The notes beneath the pieces were generated by a model that ran no database searches, had not been told where the DNA came from, and worked only from the letters and a program-made list of their open reading frames with translations. DNA of 64,000 nt from Alphaproteobacteria bacterium (GTDB lineage Bacteria > Pseudomonadota > Alphaproteobacteria > UBA828), in the NCBI GenBank assembly GCA_965221125.1, contig CBDCRW010000005.1, positions 416,001 through 480,000 of the forward strand, given 5' to 3'. Both the position numbers and the translations under genes were made by a program. This document shows, piece after piece, positions 20,323-29,224 of this stretch. Position 1 is the stretch's first letter; each line of letters opens with the position of its first letter.

Positions 20323-20895
20323 ATGCCGCTCTACGAGAGCACGTTTATCGCGCGACCCGATATCTCGTCCCAGCAGGTGGACGGCCTTGCCGAGCAGTTT
20401 CGCGAGATCCTGACGGAGGCCGGCGGCGAGATCGCCAAGACCGAGTATTGGGGCCTGCGCAGCCTTGCGTACCGCATCAAGAAGAACCGCAAGGGCCACT
20501 ACTACTTCATGAACATCGACGCGCCGCCGGAGGCGATCGATGCCATGGAGCACACCATGCGCATCAACGAGGACGTCATTCGCTACCTCACCGTGCGGGT
20601 CGAGGAGCACGACCCCAACCCGGCGCCGCTCACGCAGTCGCGCGGACGCGGGCGCGACGGACGCGGCGGGCGTGGCGGCCGCTGGGAAGGCCGGCGCCGC
20701 GAGGACGGCGAAGGCCGGGGACGCGACGAGTCCAGCGAGCGCAAGGAAGCCGCGCCTGCCGAGGCAGCGCCCGCTGATGCAGCGCCTGCCGAAGCCGCAC
20801 CAGCCAAACCTGCGTCTGCCGATGCCGGCGTGAGCGAGCCTGCGGCCGGCGGCGAGGCGGAGAGCGGCGGCGCCGAGGAGAAGAGCGATGGCTGA
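20323..20895 (+). CDS. rpsF: 30S ribosomal protein S6 with long low-complexity C-terminal tail
   Basis: [46 protein letters not shown]. Confidence 0.97.
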   Translation: MPLYESTFIARPDISSQQVDGLAEQFREILTEAGGEIAKTEYWGLRSLAYRIKKNRKGHYYFMNIDAPPEAIDAMEHTMRINEDVIRYLTVRVEEHDPNPAPLTQSRGRGRDGRGGRGGRWEGRRREDGEGRGRDESSERKEAAPAEAAPADAAPAEAAPAKPASADAGVSEPAAGGEAESGGAEEKSDG

Positions 20896-21274
20896 AGGCG
20901 AACGGACCGAGAGCGGCCCACCGCTCGCCGGCGCAGGCCGGCCGGGGCCGGGCGGCGGCAGCCGCAGCCAGCATCCCTTCGGCGGACCCCGCCACGGCGG
21001 CGGACATGGCGGCGGCCGCGGCGGGGGCGGCGTGCCGGTGGTCTCATTCCCGAGGCGCCCGTTCTTCCGCCGCAAGAAGTCCTGCCCCTTCAGCGGGGCG
21101 AACGCGCCGAAGATCGACTATCGCGACGTGAAGCTGCTCCAGCGCTTCCTCTCGGAGCGGGGCAAGATCGTGCCGAGCCGCATCACCGCCGTCTCGGCCA
21201 AGAAGCAGCGGGAGCTCGCGCGGGCGATCAAGCGCGCGCGTCATCTGGCGCTGCTGCCCTACGTCATCAAATAG
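20888..21274 (+). CDS. rpsR: 30S ribosomal protein S18 (Gly-rich N-terminal extension; start uncertain)
   Basis: [50 protein letters not shown]. Confidence 0.96.
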   Translation: MAEGERTESGPPLAGAGRPGPGGGSRSQHPFGGPRHGGGHGGGRGGGGVPVVSFPRRPFFRRKKSCPFSGANAPKIDYRDVKLLQRFLSERGKIVPSRITAVSAKKQRELARAIKRARHLALLPYVIK

Positions 21275-21342
21275 CCGGGCAGCCGGTCTTCGCCCGGCGC
21301 CGGTTGAGCGGTGCGGGCGACACCCACGCGGAGAACAGGGGC

Positions 21343-21987
21343 ATGGAAGTCATCTTGCTCGAGAGGATCGAGAAGCTCGGCGGGATGGGCGAAATCGTCG
21401 GCGTGAAGGACGGCTACGCCCGCAACTTCCTGCTGCCGCGCAAGAAGGCGCTGCGCGCCACGCCCGAGAACATGCAGCGCTTCGAGCGCGAGCGCGAGGC
21501 GCTGGAGCAGCTCAACAGCGACCGGCGCGATGCCGCAAGCTCCGCCGCCACCCGGCTAGAGGGCGAGAGCATCATCCTCATCCGCCAGGCGAGCGACACG
21601 CTGCAGCTCTACGGCTCCGTCAGCGCGCGCGACATTGCCGAGGCGATGGGCGAGCGCGGCGCCGAGGTCAGGCGCCAGCAGGTGCGGCTCGACCGCCCCA
21701 TCAAGTCGCTCGGCGTCCATGACGTGCGCATCGCGCTGCACCCGGAGGTGACGGTGACGGTCAAGGTCAACGTCGCCCGCTCGCCGGAGGAGGCCGAGAT
21801 CCAGGCCCGCGGCGGCACGATCCTCGACGACGACGAGGACGCCGCAGAGGGCGCCGAAGCCAAGGCCGCAGCCGAAGCCGAGGACTCGTCGGACGACGAC
21901 ACTGCGGCGGCGGAAGAAGCGGCCGCAGACGCGGACTCGGGCGAAGGCCCTGACGAGCCGCAAGACGAAGGCTCCGCCGGCACCTAG
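21343..21987 (+). CDS. rplI: 50S ribosomal protein L9
   Basis: [37 protein letters not shown]; acidic tail. Confidence 0.97.
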   Translation: MEVILLERIEKLGGMGEIVGVKDGYARNFLLPRKKALRATPENMQRFEREREALEQLNSDRRDAASSAATRLEGESIILIRQASDTLQLYGSVSARDIAEAMGERGAEVRRQQVRLDRPIKSLGVHDVRIALHPEVTVTVKVNVARSPEEAEIQARGGTILDDDEDAAEGAEAKAAAEAEDSSDDDTAAAEEAAADADSGEGPDEPQDEGSAGT

Positions 21988-22011
21988 ACCCGGAACTCGA
22001 GGCTTCCTGCC

Positions 22012-23226
22012 ATGCTTGTCGCGCCCCTGCTCAGGACTCTGATGAAGCGGGGCACGCTTCGCGTGGTCGACGCCAGGGGCAAGCTCCACACCTTCGAAGG
22101 CGAGCCCGGACCCAGCGTCACCATCCGCCTGCACGACCGCTCGCTCCACTGGAAGCTGCTGCTGAACCCGCGCCTCGTCGTCGGCGAGGCCTACATGGAC
22201 GGCACGCTGACGGTGGAGGACGACGCGACCATCCGCGACTTCCTCCACCTGGTCGGCGCGAACCTCCACCTGCTCGACGAGAACGCCGTCATCAAGGCGC
22301 GCAACTGGCTCGCGCAATGGGTCCGCCCGCTGCAGCAGCACAACCCCATCGGCCGCGCCCAGCGCAACGTCGCCCACCACTACGATCTGTCGGACGACCT
22401 CTACGAGCTCTTCCTCGACCCCGACCGGCAGTATTCCTGCGCCTACTTCGACACGCCCAACCACTCGCTGGATCAGGCCCAGCAGGCGAAGAAGCGCCAC
22501 CTCGCGTCGAAGCTGCTGCTCGACCGGCCGGGCCTCGACGTGCTCGACATCGGCTCCGGCTGGGGCGGCCTCGGTATCTACCTGCACAAGGAGGCAGGCG
22601 CGTCGGTGACCGGCCTCACGCTGTCCCGCGAGCAGCAGGCCTTCGCGACCGAGCGCGCGCAGAAGCTCGGCATTCAGGACCATGTCGGCTTCCACCTGCG
22701 CGACTACCGCGAGGACACCGGCAGCTACGACCGGATCGTCTCCGTCGGCATGTTCGAGCACGTGGGCGTCAAGCACTACGTCGAGTTCTTCCGCAAGGTG
22801 GAGCGGCTGCTGAAGGAAGACGGCGTGGCCCTGCTGCACACCATCGCCCGCTGGGACGGGCCGAGCGTCACCAATCCGTGGCTCCGCAAGTACATCTTCC
22901 CCGGCGGCTACTGCCCCTCGCTCTCCGAGGTGTTCGCCGCGCTGGAGCAGACCGGCCTCAAGTCCCTCGACGTGGAGATGCTGCGCCTGCACTACGCCGA
23001 TACGCTCAAGCACTGGTCGCGCAACTTCCAGGCCAACCGCGAGCGGGTGAAGGCGGTCTACGACGAGCGCTTCTGCCGCATGTGGGAGTTCTACCTCGCC
23101 GGCTCCGAGGCCGCCTTCCGCCACCAGGACCACATGGTGGCCCAGATCCAGCTCGCCCGGCGCCAGGACGCAGCGCCGCTGACCCGCGACTACATGGTGG
23201 ATTGGGAGCGCGCCCACGCCGCCTGA
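22012..23226 (+). CDS. cfa: Cyclopropane-fatty-acyl-phospholipid synthase family methyltransferase
   Basis: NVAHHYDLS, QYSCAYF, LDIGSGWGG, RIVSVGMFEHVG, YIFPGG, RMWEFYL. Confidence 0.92.
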   Translation: MLVAPLLRTLMKRGTLRVVDARGKLHTFEGEPGPSVTIRLHDRSLHWKLLLNPRLVVGEAYMDGTLTVEDDATIRDFLHLVGANLHLLDENAVIKARNWLAQWVRPLQQHNPIGRAQRNVAHHYDLSDDLYELFLDPDRQYSCAYFDTPNHSLDQAQQAKKRHLASKLLLDRPGLDVLDIGSGWGGLGIYLHKEAGASVTGLTLSREQQAFATERAQKLGIQDHVGFHLRDYREDTGSYDRIVSVGMFEHVGVKHYVEFFRKVERLLKEDGVALLHTIARWDGPSVTNPWLRKYIFPGGYCPSLSEVFAALEQTGLKSLDVEMLRLHYADTLKHWSRNFQANRERVKAVYDERFCRMWEFYLAGSEAAFRHQDHMVAQIQLARRQDAAPLTRDYMVDWERAHAA

Positions 23227-23424
23227 GCCGGCAAGCGCCGCAGCCGTGCCGGTCACTCACAGCTTGCTCACAGGCGACGTGGCGAAAACACGAGGGTTTG
23301 AACGGTTTTCCCCGTAATTCTGGCCCTGTGAACACGGAAAACGTGCAAAACCGGGTTTCCACGATATCCCCAATTTTCATACATCGAGGCCGCTAACACC
23401 CGGCGTGCGTTTCCGTGTATTACA

Positions 23425-24924
23425 GTGAGCATGGCGACGCGCGTTCCCCTGCAGGAAGCAACGACCGAGACGCCGGGCTACCGCTCGCCCCCCAGCAACC
23501 TCGAGGCCGAACAGGCGCTCCTCGGCGCGCTGCTGGTCAACAACGAGGCCGCCAGCCTGGTCAGCGCCTTCCTGCTGCCGGAGCATTTCTTCCTGCCGGT
23601 GCATGGCCGCATCTACGACGCCGTCCTCCGCATGATCGAGCGAGGGCAGATCGCCAACCCCGTGACCCTGAAGCACTTTTTCGAGCGCGACGAAGCGCTG
23701 GAGGAGGCCGGCGGCGGGCAGTACCTGGCGCGGCTCGCTGGCTCCGCCGTCACCGTGATCAATGCCGAGCACTACGGCCGCGCCATCCACGACCTGGCGA
23801 TGCGGCGCGCGCTGGTCTCCATCGGCGAGGTGGTGGTGAACGAGGCCTACGACGGGCCGCTCGACCAGCCCGCGACGGAGCAGATCGAGGAGGCCGAGCA
23901 CCGGCTCTACCAGCTCGCCGAGGACGGCCGGGTCGACCCCGGCGGGCAGCAGTTCGCGGCGCCGCTGGCCAGCGCCGTCGAGATGATCGAGCAGGCTTAC
24001 AAGCGCGACACGCCGCTCACCGGCGTGCCGACGGGCTTCGTCGACCTCGACCGCCTGCTGGGCGGCTTGCACGCCTCCGACCTGGTCATCATGGCCGGCC
24101 GGCCCGGCATGGGAAAGACGGCGCTCGCCACCAACATCGCCTTCAACGCCGCGAAGATGTACAGCCCAGGCGACGGGCCGGACGGCAAGAACCCGCCCGA
24201 CGGCGCCAAGGTCGCCTTCTTCTCGCTGGAGATGTCGGCCGAGCAGCTCGCGACGCGTATTCTCGCCGAGCAGACCGAAATCTCGTCGGACAGGCTCAGG
24301 CGCGGCGACGTGCGCGACGTGGACTTCGACCGCATCGTTGCGGCCTGCCGCACGATGGAGAGCCTGCCGCTCTTCATCGACGATTCGCCCGCGCTCACCA
24401 TCGCGGGCCTGCGCGCCCGGGCGCGCCGGCTGAAGCGCCGCCACGGCATCTCGTTGATCGTGGTCGACTACCTGCAGCTCATGCGACCCACCACCAGCCT
24501 GCGGCTCAACAACCGCGTGCAAGAGGTCTCGGAGGTGACGCAGGGCCTCAAGGCGCTCGCCAAGGACCTCGACCTGCCGGTTCTGGCGCTGGCCCAGCTC
24601 AGCCGCGCCGTCGAGCAGCGCGACGACAAGCGGCCGCAGCTCGCGGACCTGCGGGAATCGGGCTCCATCGAGCAGGACGCGGACGTGGTCATGTTCATCT
24701 ACCGCGAGCAGTACTACCTCGCGCGCAAGGAGCCGGACGAGGGCACCGCCGACCACGCCGAGTGGCAGGAGAAGATGGACAAGGTCCACAACAAGGCCGA
24801 GATCATCACCGCCAAGCAGCGCCACGGCCCCATCGGCAAGGTCGAGCTCTACTTCAACGCGCTGCTCACCAAGTTCGACAACCTCGACAGGATCCATGAG
24901 CCGGCGGACGATCCGCCGTTCTAA
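23425..24924 (+). CDS. dnaB: Replicative DNA helicase
   Basis: EAEQALLGALL, AGRPGMGKT, FSLEMSAEQL, VDYLQL, QLSRAVEQR, DLRESGSIEQDAD, KQRHGP. Confidence 0.97.
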   Translation: MSMATRVPLQEATTETPGYRSPPSNLEAEQALLGALLVNNEAASLVSAFLLPEHFFLPVHGRIYDAVLRMIERGQIANPVTLKHFFERDEALEEAGGGQYLARLAGSAVTVINAEHYGRAIHDLAMRRALVSIGEVVVNEAYDGPLDQPATEQIEEAEHRLYQLAEDGRVDPGGQQFAAPLASAVEMIEQAYKRDTPLTGVPTGFVDLDRLLGGLHASDLVIMAGRPGMGKTALATNIAFNAAKMYSPGDGPDGKNPPDGAKVAFFSLEMSAEQLATRILAEQTEISSDRLRRGDVRDVDFDRIVAACRTMESLPLFIDDSPALTIAGLRARARRLKRRHGISLIVVDYLQLMRPTTSLRLNNRVQEVSEVTQGLKALAKDLDLPVLALAQLSRAVEQRDDKRPQLADLRESGSIEQDADVVMFIYREQYYLARKEPDEGTADHAEWQEKMDKVHNKAEIITAKQRHGPIGKVELYFNALLTKFDNLDRIHEPADDPPF

Positions 24925-25126
24925 AGCGCGTCCGACTTTGACGGACGCGCTTGGCCGCGACAGCGGCCCGCCGCGAATGCGGCGCACATCGCGCGCCCCT
25001 GCGCGCGTGGCCGCGCGACGCGGAGGCGCTGGCCGTCGCGCCGATAGGCGCGCGCAAGCGCACGACGGCCAGCTGCCGTGAGCGATAAAGACTCAGAGCG
25101 TTTCCGTGCAAAACGGACACGCTCTA
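24922..25126 (+). repeat. Dispersed palindromic repeat family A, expanded copy starting at the dnaB stop
   Basis: Family A termini; extra nested hairpins inserted in internal loops. Confidence 0.9.
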
Positions 25127-25251
25127 GCGGCGCGCTCAACGGCGCGGGCGCGCCGCGGGTCGTGACCGTGGCGAGAATTCCGGGCTAGAGTCCGGCGCGC
25201 TCGGCGCCGAGTCGAGGATCGGCCCGGAGGCATCATCGACGGATACGCTGC

Positions 25252-26031
25252 GTGAAGAGCAATCCGCTGCAGGCGATCGGCCATGGCGTCCTGGCGCTGT
25301 TCGCGGCCATCGGGCGCCTCTCCCTCTTCGCGATGGAGGCGACCTCGCACTGCGCGCGGCCGCCGTTCTACCCGCGCCTCGTCGCCCGCCAGATGGTGGA
25401 GATCGGCTTCTACTCGCTGCCGGTGGTGGGGCTGACCGGCCTCTTCGCCGGCATGGTGCTGGCGCTGCAGAGCTATACGGGCTTCTCCCGCTTCTCGGCC
25501 GAGAGCACGATCCCCACCGTCGTCGTGCTCTCGATCACGCGCGAGCTGGGCCCGGTGCTGGCCGGCCTCATGGTCGCCGGCCGGGTCGGCGCCGCGATGG
25601 CGGCGGAGATCGGCACCATGCGGGTCACCGAGCAGATCGACGCGCTCACCACGCTGTCCACCAACCCGCACAAGTACCTGATCGTGCCCCGCCTCATCGG
25701 CGGCTTTCTCATGCTGCCGTTCCTGGTCCTCGTCACCGACATCATCGGCGTCGGCGGCGGCTATATCGTCAGCGTCTTCAAGCTCGGCTTCAACCCGGAC
25801 GCCTACATCAACAACACCCTCGAGTATCTGGAGGTCATGGACGTGGTCTCCGGCTTGGTGAAGGCCGCCGTCTTCGGCTACCTGATCGCGCTGATGGGCT
25901 GCTACCACGGCTTCTACTCCAAGGGCGGCGCCCAGGGGGTGGGCAAGGCCACCACCAACGCGGTCGTGACCGGCGCGATCCTGGTGCTGATCTTCAACTA
26001 CGTCATCACAGAGGCGTTCTTCGCCCAATGA
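25252..26031 (+). CDS. mlaE: MlaE-family lipid asymmetry ABC permease
   Basis: RELGPVLAGLMVAGRVGAAMAAEIGTMRVTEQIDAL, GGAQGVGKATTNAVV. Confidence 0.93.
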   Translation: MKSNPLQAIGHGVLALFAAIGRLSLFAMEATSHCARPPFYPRLVARQMVEIGFYSLPVVGLTGLFAGMVLALQSYTGFSRFSAESTIPTVVVLSITRELGPVLAGLMVAGRVGAAMAAEIGTMRVTEQIDALTTLSTNPHKYLIVPRLIGGFLMLPFLVLVTDIIGVGGGYIVSVFKLGFNPDAYINNTLEYLEVMDVVSGLVKAAVFGYLIALMGCYHGFYSKGGAQGVGKATTNAVVTGAILVLIFNYVITEAFFAQ

Positions 26032-26074
26032 GCGCGCCTGCCAACGAGCGCGCCGGCGGCGGCGCCAACCGGCC

Positions 26075-26371
26075 TAACCCGCAATTCTCACCAGGGTCAC
26101 GGCCTGCGTCGCGCCCAGGCGTTCGATCCGCAAGGAGCGGGCCGAAAAGCGTATCGGGGAATACGGTTGAGGCCCGCGACGTCGCGCGGGACGCGCGCGG
26201 AGCGCACGATGCGGGCGGGCGCCTGGGCGCGACCCGAAGGGCGACGCTGTCCGGCCGACAGTGTGCGTCACGGCTCTTGCCCGATGTCCCTGCATCGCGC
26301 TGCGCGCCGTTCCTACCCTGTCGGCCGGACAGCGCCGCGCAGACCATGACCGTGGTGAGAAATGCGGGTTA
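26075..26371 (+). mobile_element. Family B MITE-like element with TA duplication, inserted in the 5' end of mlaF
   Basis: Terminal inverted repeats taacccgcaattctcacca / tggtgagaaatgcgggtta (18 of 19 match, including the flanking TA); no transposase; second copy at 15990. Confidence 0.85.
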
Positions 26372-27138
26372 AGATCGCCCTTCGCGGCCTCAGCAAGACC
26401 TTCGCGGGCCAGGTCGTGCTCGACGGCCTCGACCTCGAGATCGGCACCGGGGAATCGGTGGTGGTCATCGGCTGCTCCGGCGTCGGCAAGTCGGTCATGC
26501 TGAAGTGCCTGCTCGGCCTGCTGCACCCCGATGCCGGCAACGTGACCATCGACGGCGAGGAGCTGGCCCGCGACCGCGCGGCGCGCGAGGCCGCCATGCG
26601 CAAGATCGGCATGCTGTTTCAGAACGCCGCGCTCTTCGACAGCCTGTCGGTGTGGGAGAACGTGGCCTTCGGGCTGATCCAGGCGCACGGCATGGCGCGC
26701 CGCGAGGCCCGGGGCATCGCCATCGAGACGCTGGCCCAGGTCGGCCTCGGCACGGATTCGGCCGATCTCTACCCGGCCGCGCTCTCCGGCGGCATGCGCA
26801 AGCGGGTGGGCCTCGCACGGGCCATCGCGACCCGGCCCGAGATCGTCCTCTTCGACGAGCCGACGACCGGGCTCGACCCCATCATGGCCGACGTGATCAA
26901 CGACCTCATCGTCGCCTGCACCCACGAGCTTGGCGCGACCGCGCTCACCATCACCCACGACATGCGGAGCGCGCGCAAGATCGCCGACCGCATCGCCATG
27001 ATCCACGAGGGCGCGATCATCTGGCAGGGGCCGGCCGGCGAGATCGACAGCAGCGGGAACGCGCACGTGGAGCAGTTCATCAACGGCCGGGCGGAAGGGC
27101 CGATCCGGTTGCCGGCGGCCGATGCCGCGCTCGGCTGA
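26362..27138 (+). CDS. mlaF: MlaF-family ABC ATPase (current ATG lies inside the MITE terminal repeat; ancestral start probably 26028)
   Basis: GCSGVGKS, GMLFQNAALFDSL, LSGGMRKRVGLARA, FDEPTTGLDP, ITHD. Confidence 0.9.
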   Translation: MRVKIALRGLSKTFAGQVVLDGLDLEIGTGESVVVIGCSGVGKSVMLKCLLGLLHPDAGNVTIDGEELARDRAAREAAMRKIGMLFQNAALFDSLSVWENVAFGLIQAHGMARREARGIAIETLAQVGLGTDSADLYPAALSGGMRKRVGLARAIATRPEIVLFDEPTTGLDPIMADVINDLIVACTHELGATALTITHDMRSARKIADRIAMIHEGAIIWQGPAGEIDSSGNAHVEQFINGRAEGPIRLPAADAALG

Positions 27139-27162
27139 GCCGCCGGCAGGCTGAGGAAACCC

Positions 27163-28548
27163 GTGGCACGGGCGGAAAAGCGCTTCGTCTGCAGCGATTG
27201 CGGCGCTACGCGGTCGCGCTGGGCCGGCCGCTGCGACGCCTGCGGTGCCTGGAACAGCATCACGGAAGAAGCGCCGCGCACCGCGCCGCCGCGCGCCCTC
27301 GGCAAGGGCAAGGGCCGGGTCATCGACTTCCTGCCGCTGGACGGGCCGGGCGGCGTGCTCGCGCGCCGCCCCTGCGGCATCGGCGAGATCGACCGGGTCG
27401 TGGGCGGCGGCTTCGTGCCGGGCTCGGTCGTCCTGCTCGCGGGCGATCCCGGCATCGGCAAGTCCACCCTGCTGCTCCAGGCCGCGGCGGCGCTCGCCGG
27501 GCGCGGCGGGCGGATCGCCTACATCTCGGGCGAAGAGGGGCTGGAGCAGATCCGCATGCGCGCGGCCCGCCTCGGGCTCAGCAGTGCGCCGGTGGGGCTG
27601 GCCGCGGCCATCGACGTCCGCGACATCGCGACCAGCGTGGAGGACGAGACGCCGCCCGACATGGTGGTGATCGATTCCATCCAGACCATGTACCTCGACA
27701 CCCTCGATTCCGCGCCGGGCACGGTCGCCCAGGTGCGGGGCTCGGCGCAGGAGCTGATCCGCCTCGCCAAGCGCACCGGCACGGTGCTCGTGCTCGTGGG
27801 TCACGTCACCAAGGAGGGGCAGATCGCCGGCCCCCGCGTGCTCGAGCACATGGTCGACTGCGTGCTCTACTTCGAGGGTGAGCGCGGCCACCAGTTCCGC
27901 ATCGTGCGCGCCATCAAGAACCGCTTCGGGCCGACCGACGAGATCGGCGTCTTCGAGATGACCGACCGCGGCCTCGTGGAGATTCCCAATCCCTCCAGCC
28001 TGTTCGTCGACCCGGAGCGGGGGCCCGTCCCCGGCGCTGCGGTCTTCGCCGGCGTCGAGGGCTCGCGGCCGGTCCTGGTCGAGATCCAGGCCCTGGTGGC
28101 GCCGGGGCCGGCGGGCTCGCCGCGCCGCACCGTGGTGGGCTGGGATGCCGGCAGGCTCGCCATGGTCCTCGCCGTGCTGGAGGCCCGCGCCGGGCTCCGG
28201 CTCAGCGTCTGCGACGTCTACCTCAACGTGGCCGGCGGCTTGCGCATCACCGAGCCCGCCGCCGACCTCGCGGTCGCCGCCGCGCTGGCCTCGTCGGCGG
28301 CGAACCGGGCGCTCGACCACGGCGCCGTGATCTTCGGCGAGGTGGGACTCGCCGGCGAGGTGCGGGCGGTGAGCCAGGGCGAGGCCCGGCTCAAGGAGGC
28401 GGCGAAGCTCGGCTTCACCCACGCGCTGGCGCCTGTGCCGGACCGCGCCCAAGGCGGCGAAGCGGAAGGGCAGGGCATCGCTATCAGGCGGCTCACCCAC
28501 GTGCGCGACCTGGTGGCGCTCTTCCCCGCCGATGCGCCGCTCGGCTGA
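27163..28548 (+). CDS. radA: DNA repair protein RadA/Sms
   Basis: CSDCG..WAGRCDAC zinc finger, GDPGIGKSTL, KNRFG. Confidence 0.96.
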   Translation: MARAEKRFVCSDCGATRSRWAGRCDACGAWNSITEEAPRTAPPRALGKGKGRVIDFLPLDGPGGVLARRPCGIGEIDRVVGGGFVPGSVVLLAGDPGIGKSTLLLQAAAALAGRGGRIAYISGEEGLEQIRMRAARLGLSSAPVGLAAAIDVRDIATSVEDETPPDMVVIDSIQTMYLDTLDSAPGTVAQVRGSAQELIRLAKRTGTVLVLVGHVTKEGQIAGPRVLEHMVDCVLYFEGERGHQFRIVRAIKNRFGPTDEIGVFEMTDRGLVEIPNPSSLFVDPERGPVPGAAVFAGVEGSRPVLVEIQALVAPGPAGSPRRTVVGWDAGRLAMVLAVLEARAGLRLSVCDVYLNVAGGLRITEPAADLAVAAALASSAANRALDHGAVIFGEVGLAGEVRAVSQGEARLKEAAKLGFTHALAPVPDRAQGGEAEGQGIAIRRLTHVRDLVALFPADAPLG

Positions 28549-28561
28549 CGGGCGCGCGAGC

Positions 28562-29224
28562 ATGGAGAGCCTGCCGGTCAATCTGATCGACATCCTGGTG
28601 GCGCTGATCATCGTCCTCTCGGCGCTGCTCGCCTTCGGGCGGGGTGCGGCGCGGGAAATCCTCGGCATCGGCGCCTGGGTCGGCGCGGGCGTCGCCACCT
28701 TCTTCGCCTTCCCCCATACGCGGCCCATCGCCCGCGACCTCATCCCGGATTCCACGCTGATCGCCGACGTGGTTGCCGGCGTCGCGGTCTTCGTCGTCGT
28801 GCTGGTGATGCTCACAATCGTCAACCAGATCATCTCGGGCCGCATCCAGCGGAGCCGGGGCGGCGCGCTGGACCGCACGTTGGGGTTCATCTTCGGCATC
28901 CTGCGGGGCGCGGCGCTCGTCTGCATCGCCTACATGCTGTTCGCCTCGGTGGTGCCGCAGAGCGACTGGCCCGCCTGGGTCGACGAAGCCAGGACCTTGC
29001 CCTATATCAAGCAGGGCGTCGCGGCGCTGCGCGAAGTGGTGCCCGAGGACGTCGCCGAGGAAGGAACCAGGCACATCGAAGAGACCTTCGAGGACGGCCG
29101 CGAGCGCAGCGTGAAGGAGCTCACCGAGCCGGTGCCGGCCGAGCGCAGCGAAGAGGAAGGCGAGACCGGCTACAGCGACCGCGAGCGCAACCAGCTCGAC
29201 GGGCTGAGCGAGACCGTCGAGTGA
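28562..29224 (+). CDS. cvpA: Colicin V production protein CvpA
   Basis: Membrane protein with DRTLGFIFGILRG; lies between radA and purF. Confidence 0.88.
   Translation: MESLPVNLIDILVALIIVLSALLAFGRGAAREILGIGAWVGAGVATFFAFPHTRPIARDLIPDSTLIADVVAGVAVFVVVLVMLTIVNQIISGRIQRSRGGALDRTLGFIFGILRGAALVCIAYMLFASVVPQSDWPAWVDEARTLPYIKQGVAALREVVPEDVAEEGTRHIEETFEDGRERSVKELTEPVPAERSEEEGETGYSDRERNQLDGLSETVE

Noticed and set aside
26074-28926. 950-aa minus-strand ORF and similar long ORFs such as 6604-8727, 40829-43099 and 44831-46690
   Set aside because: Antisense shadows of well-supported genes, expected from GC-rich codon usage; no recognisable motifs.
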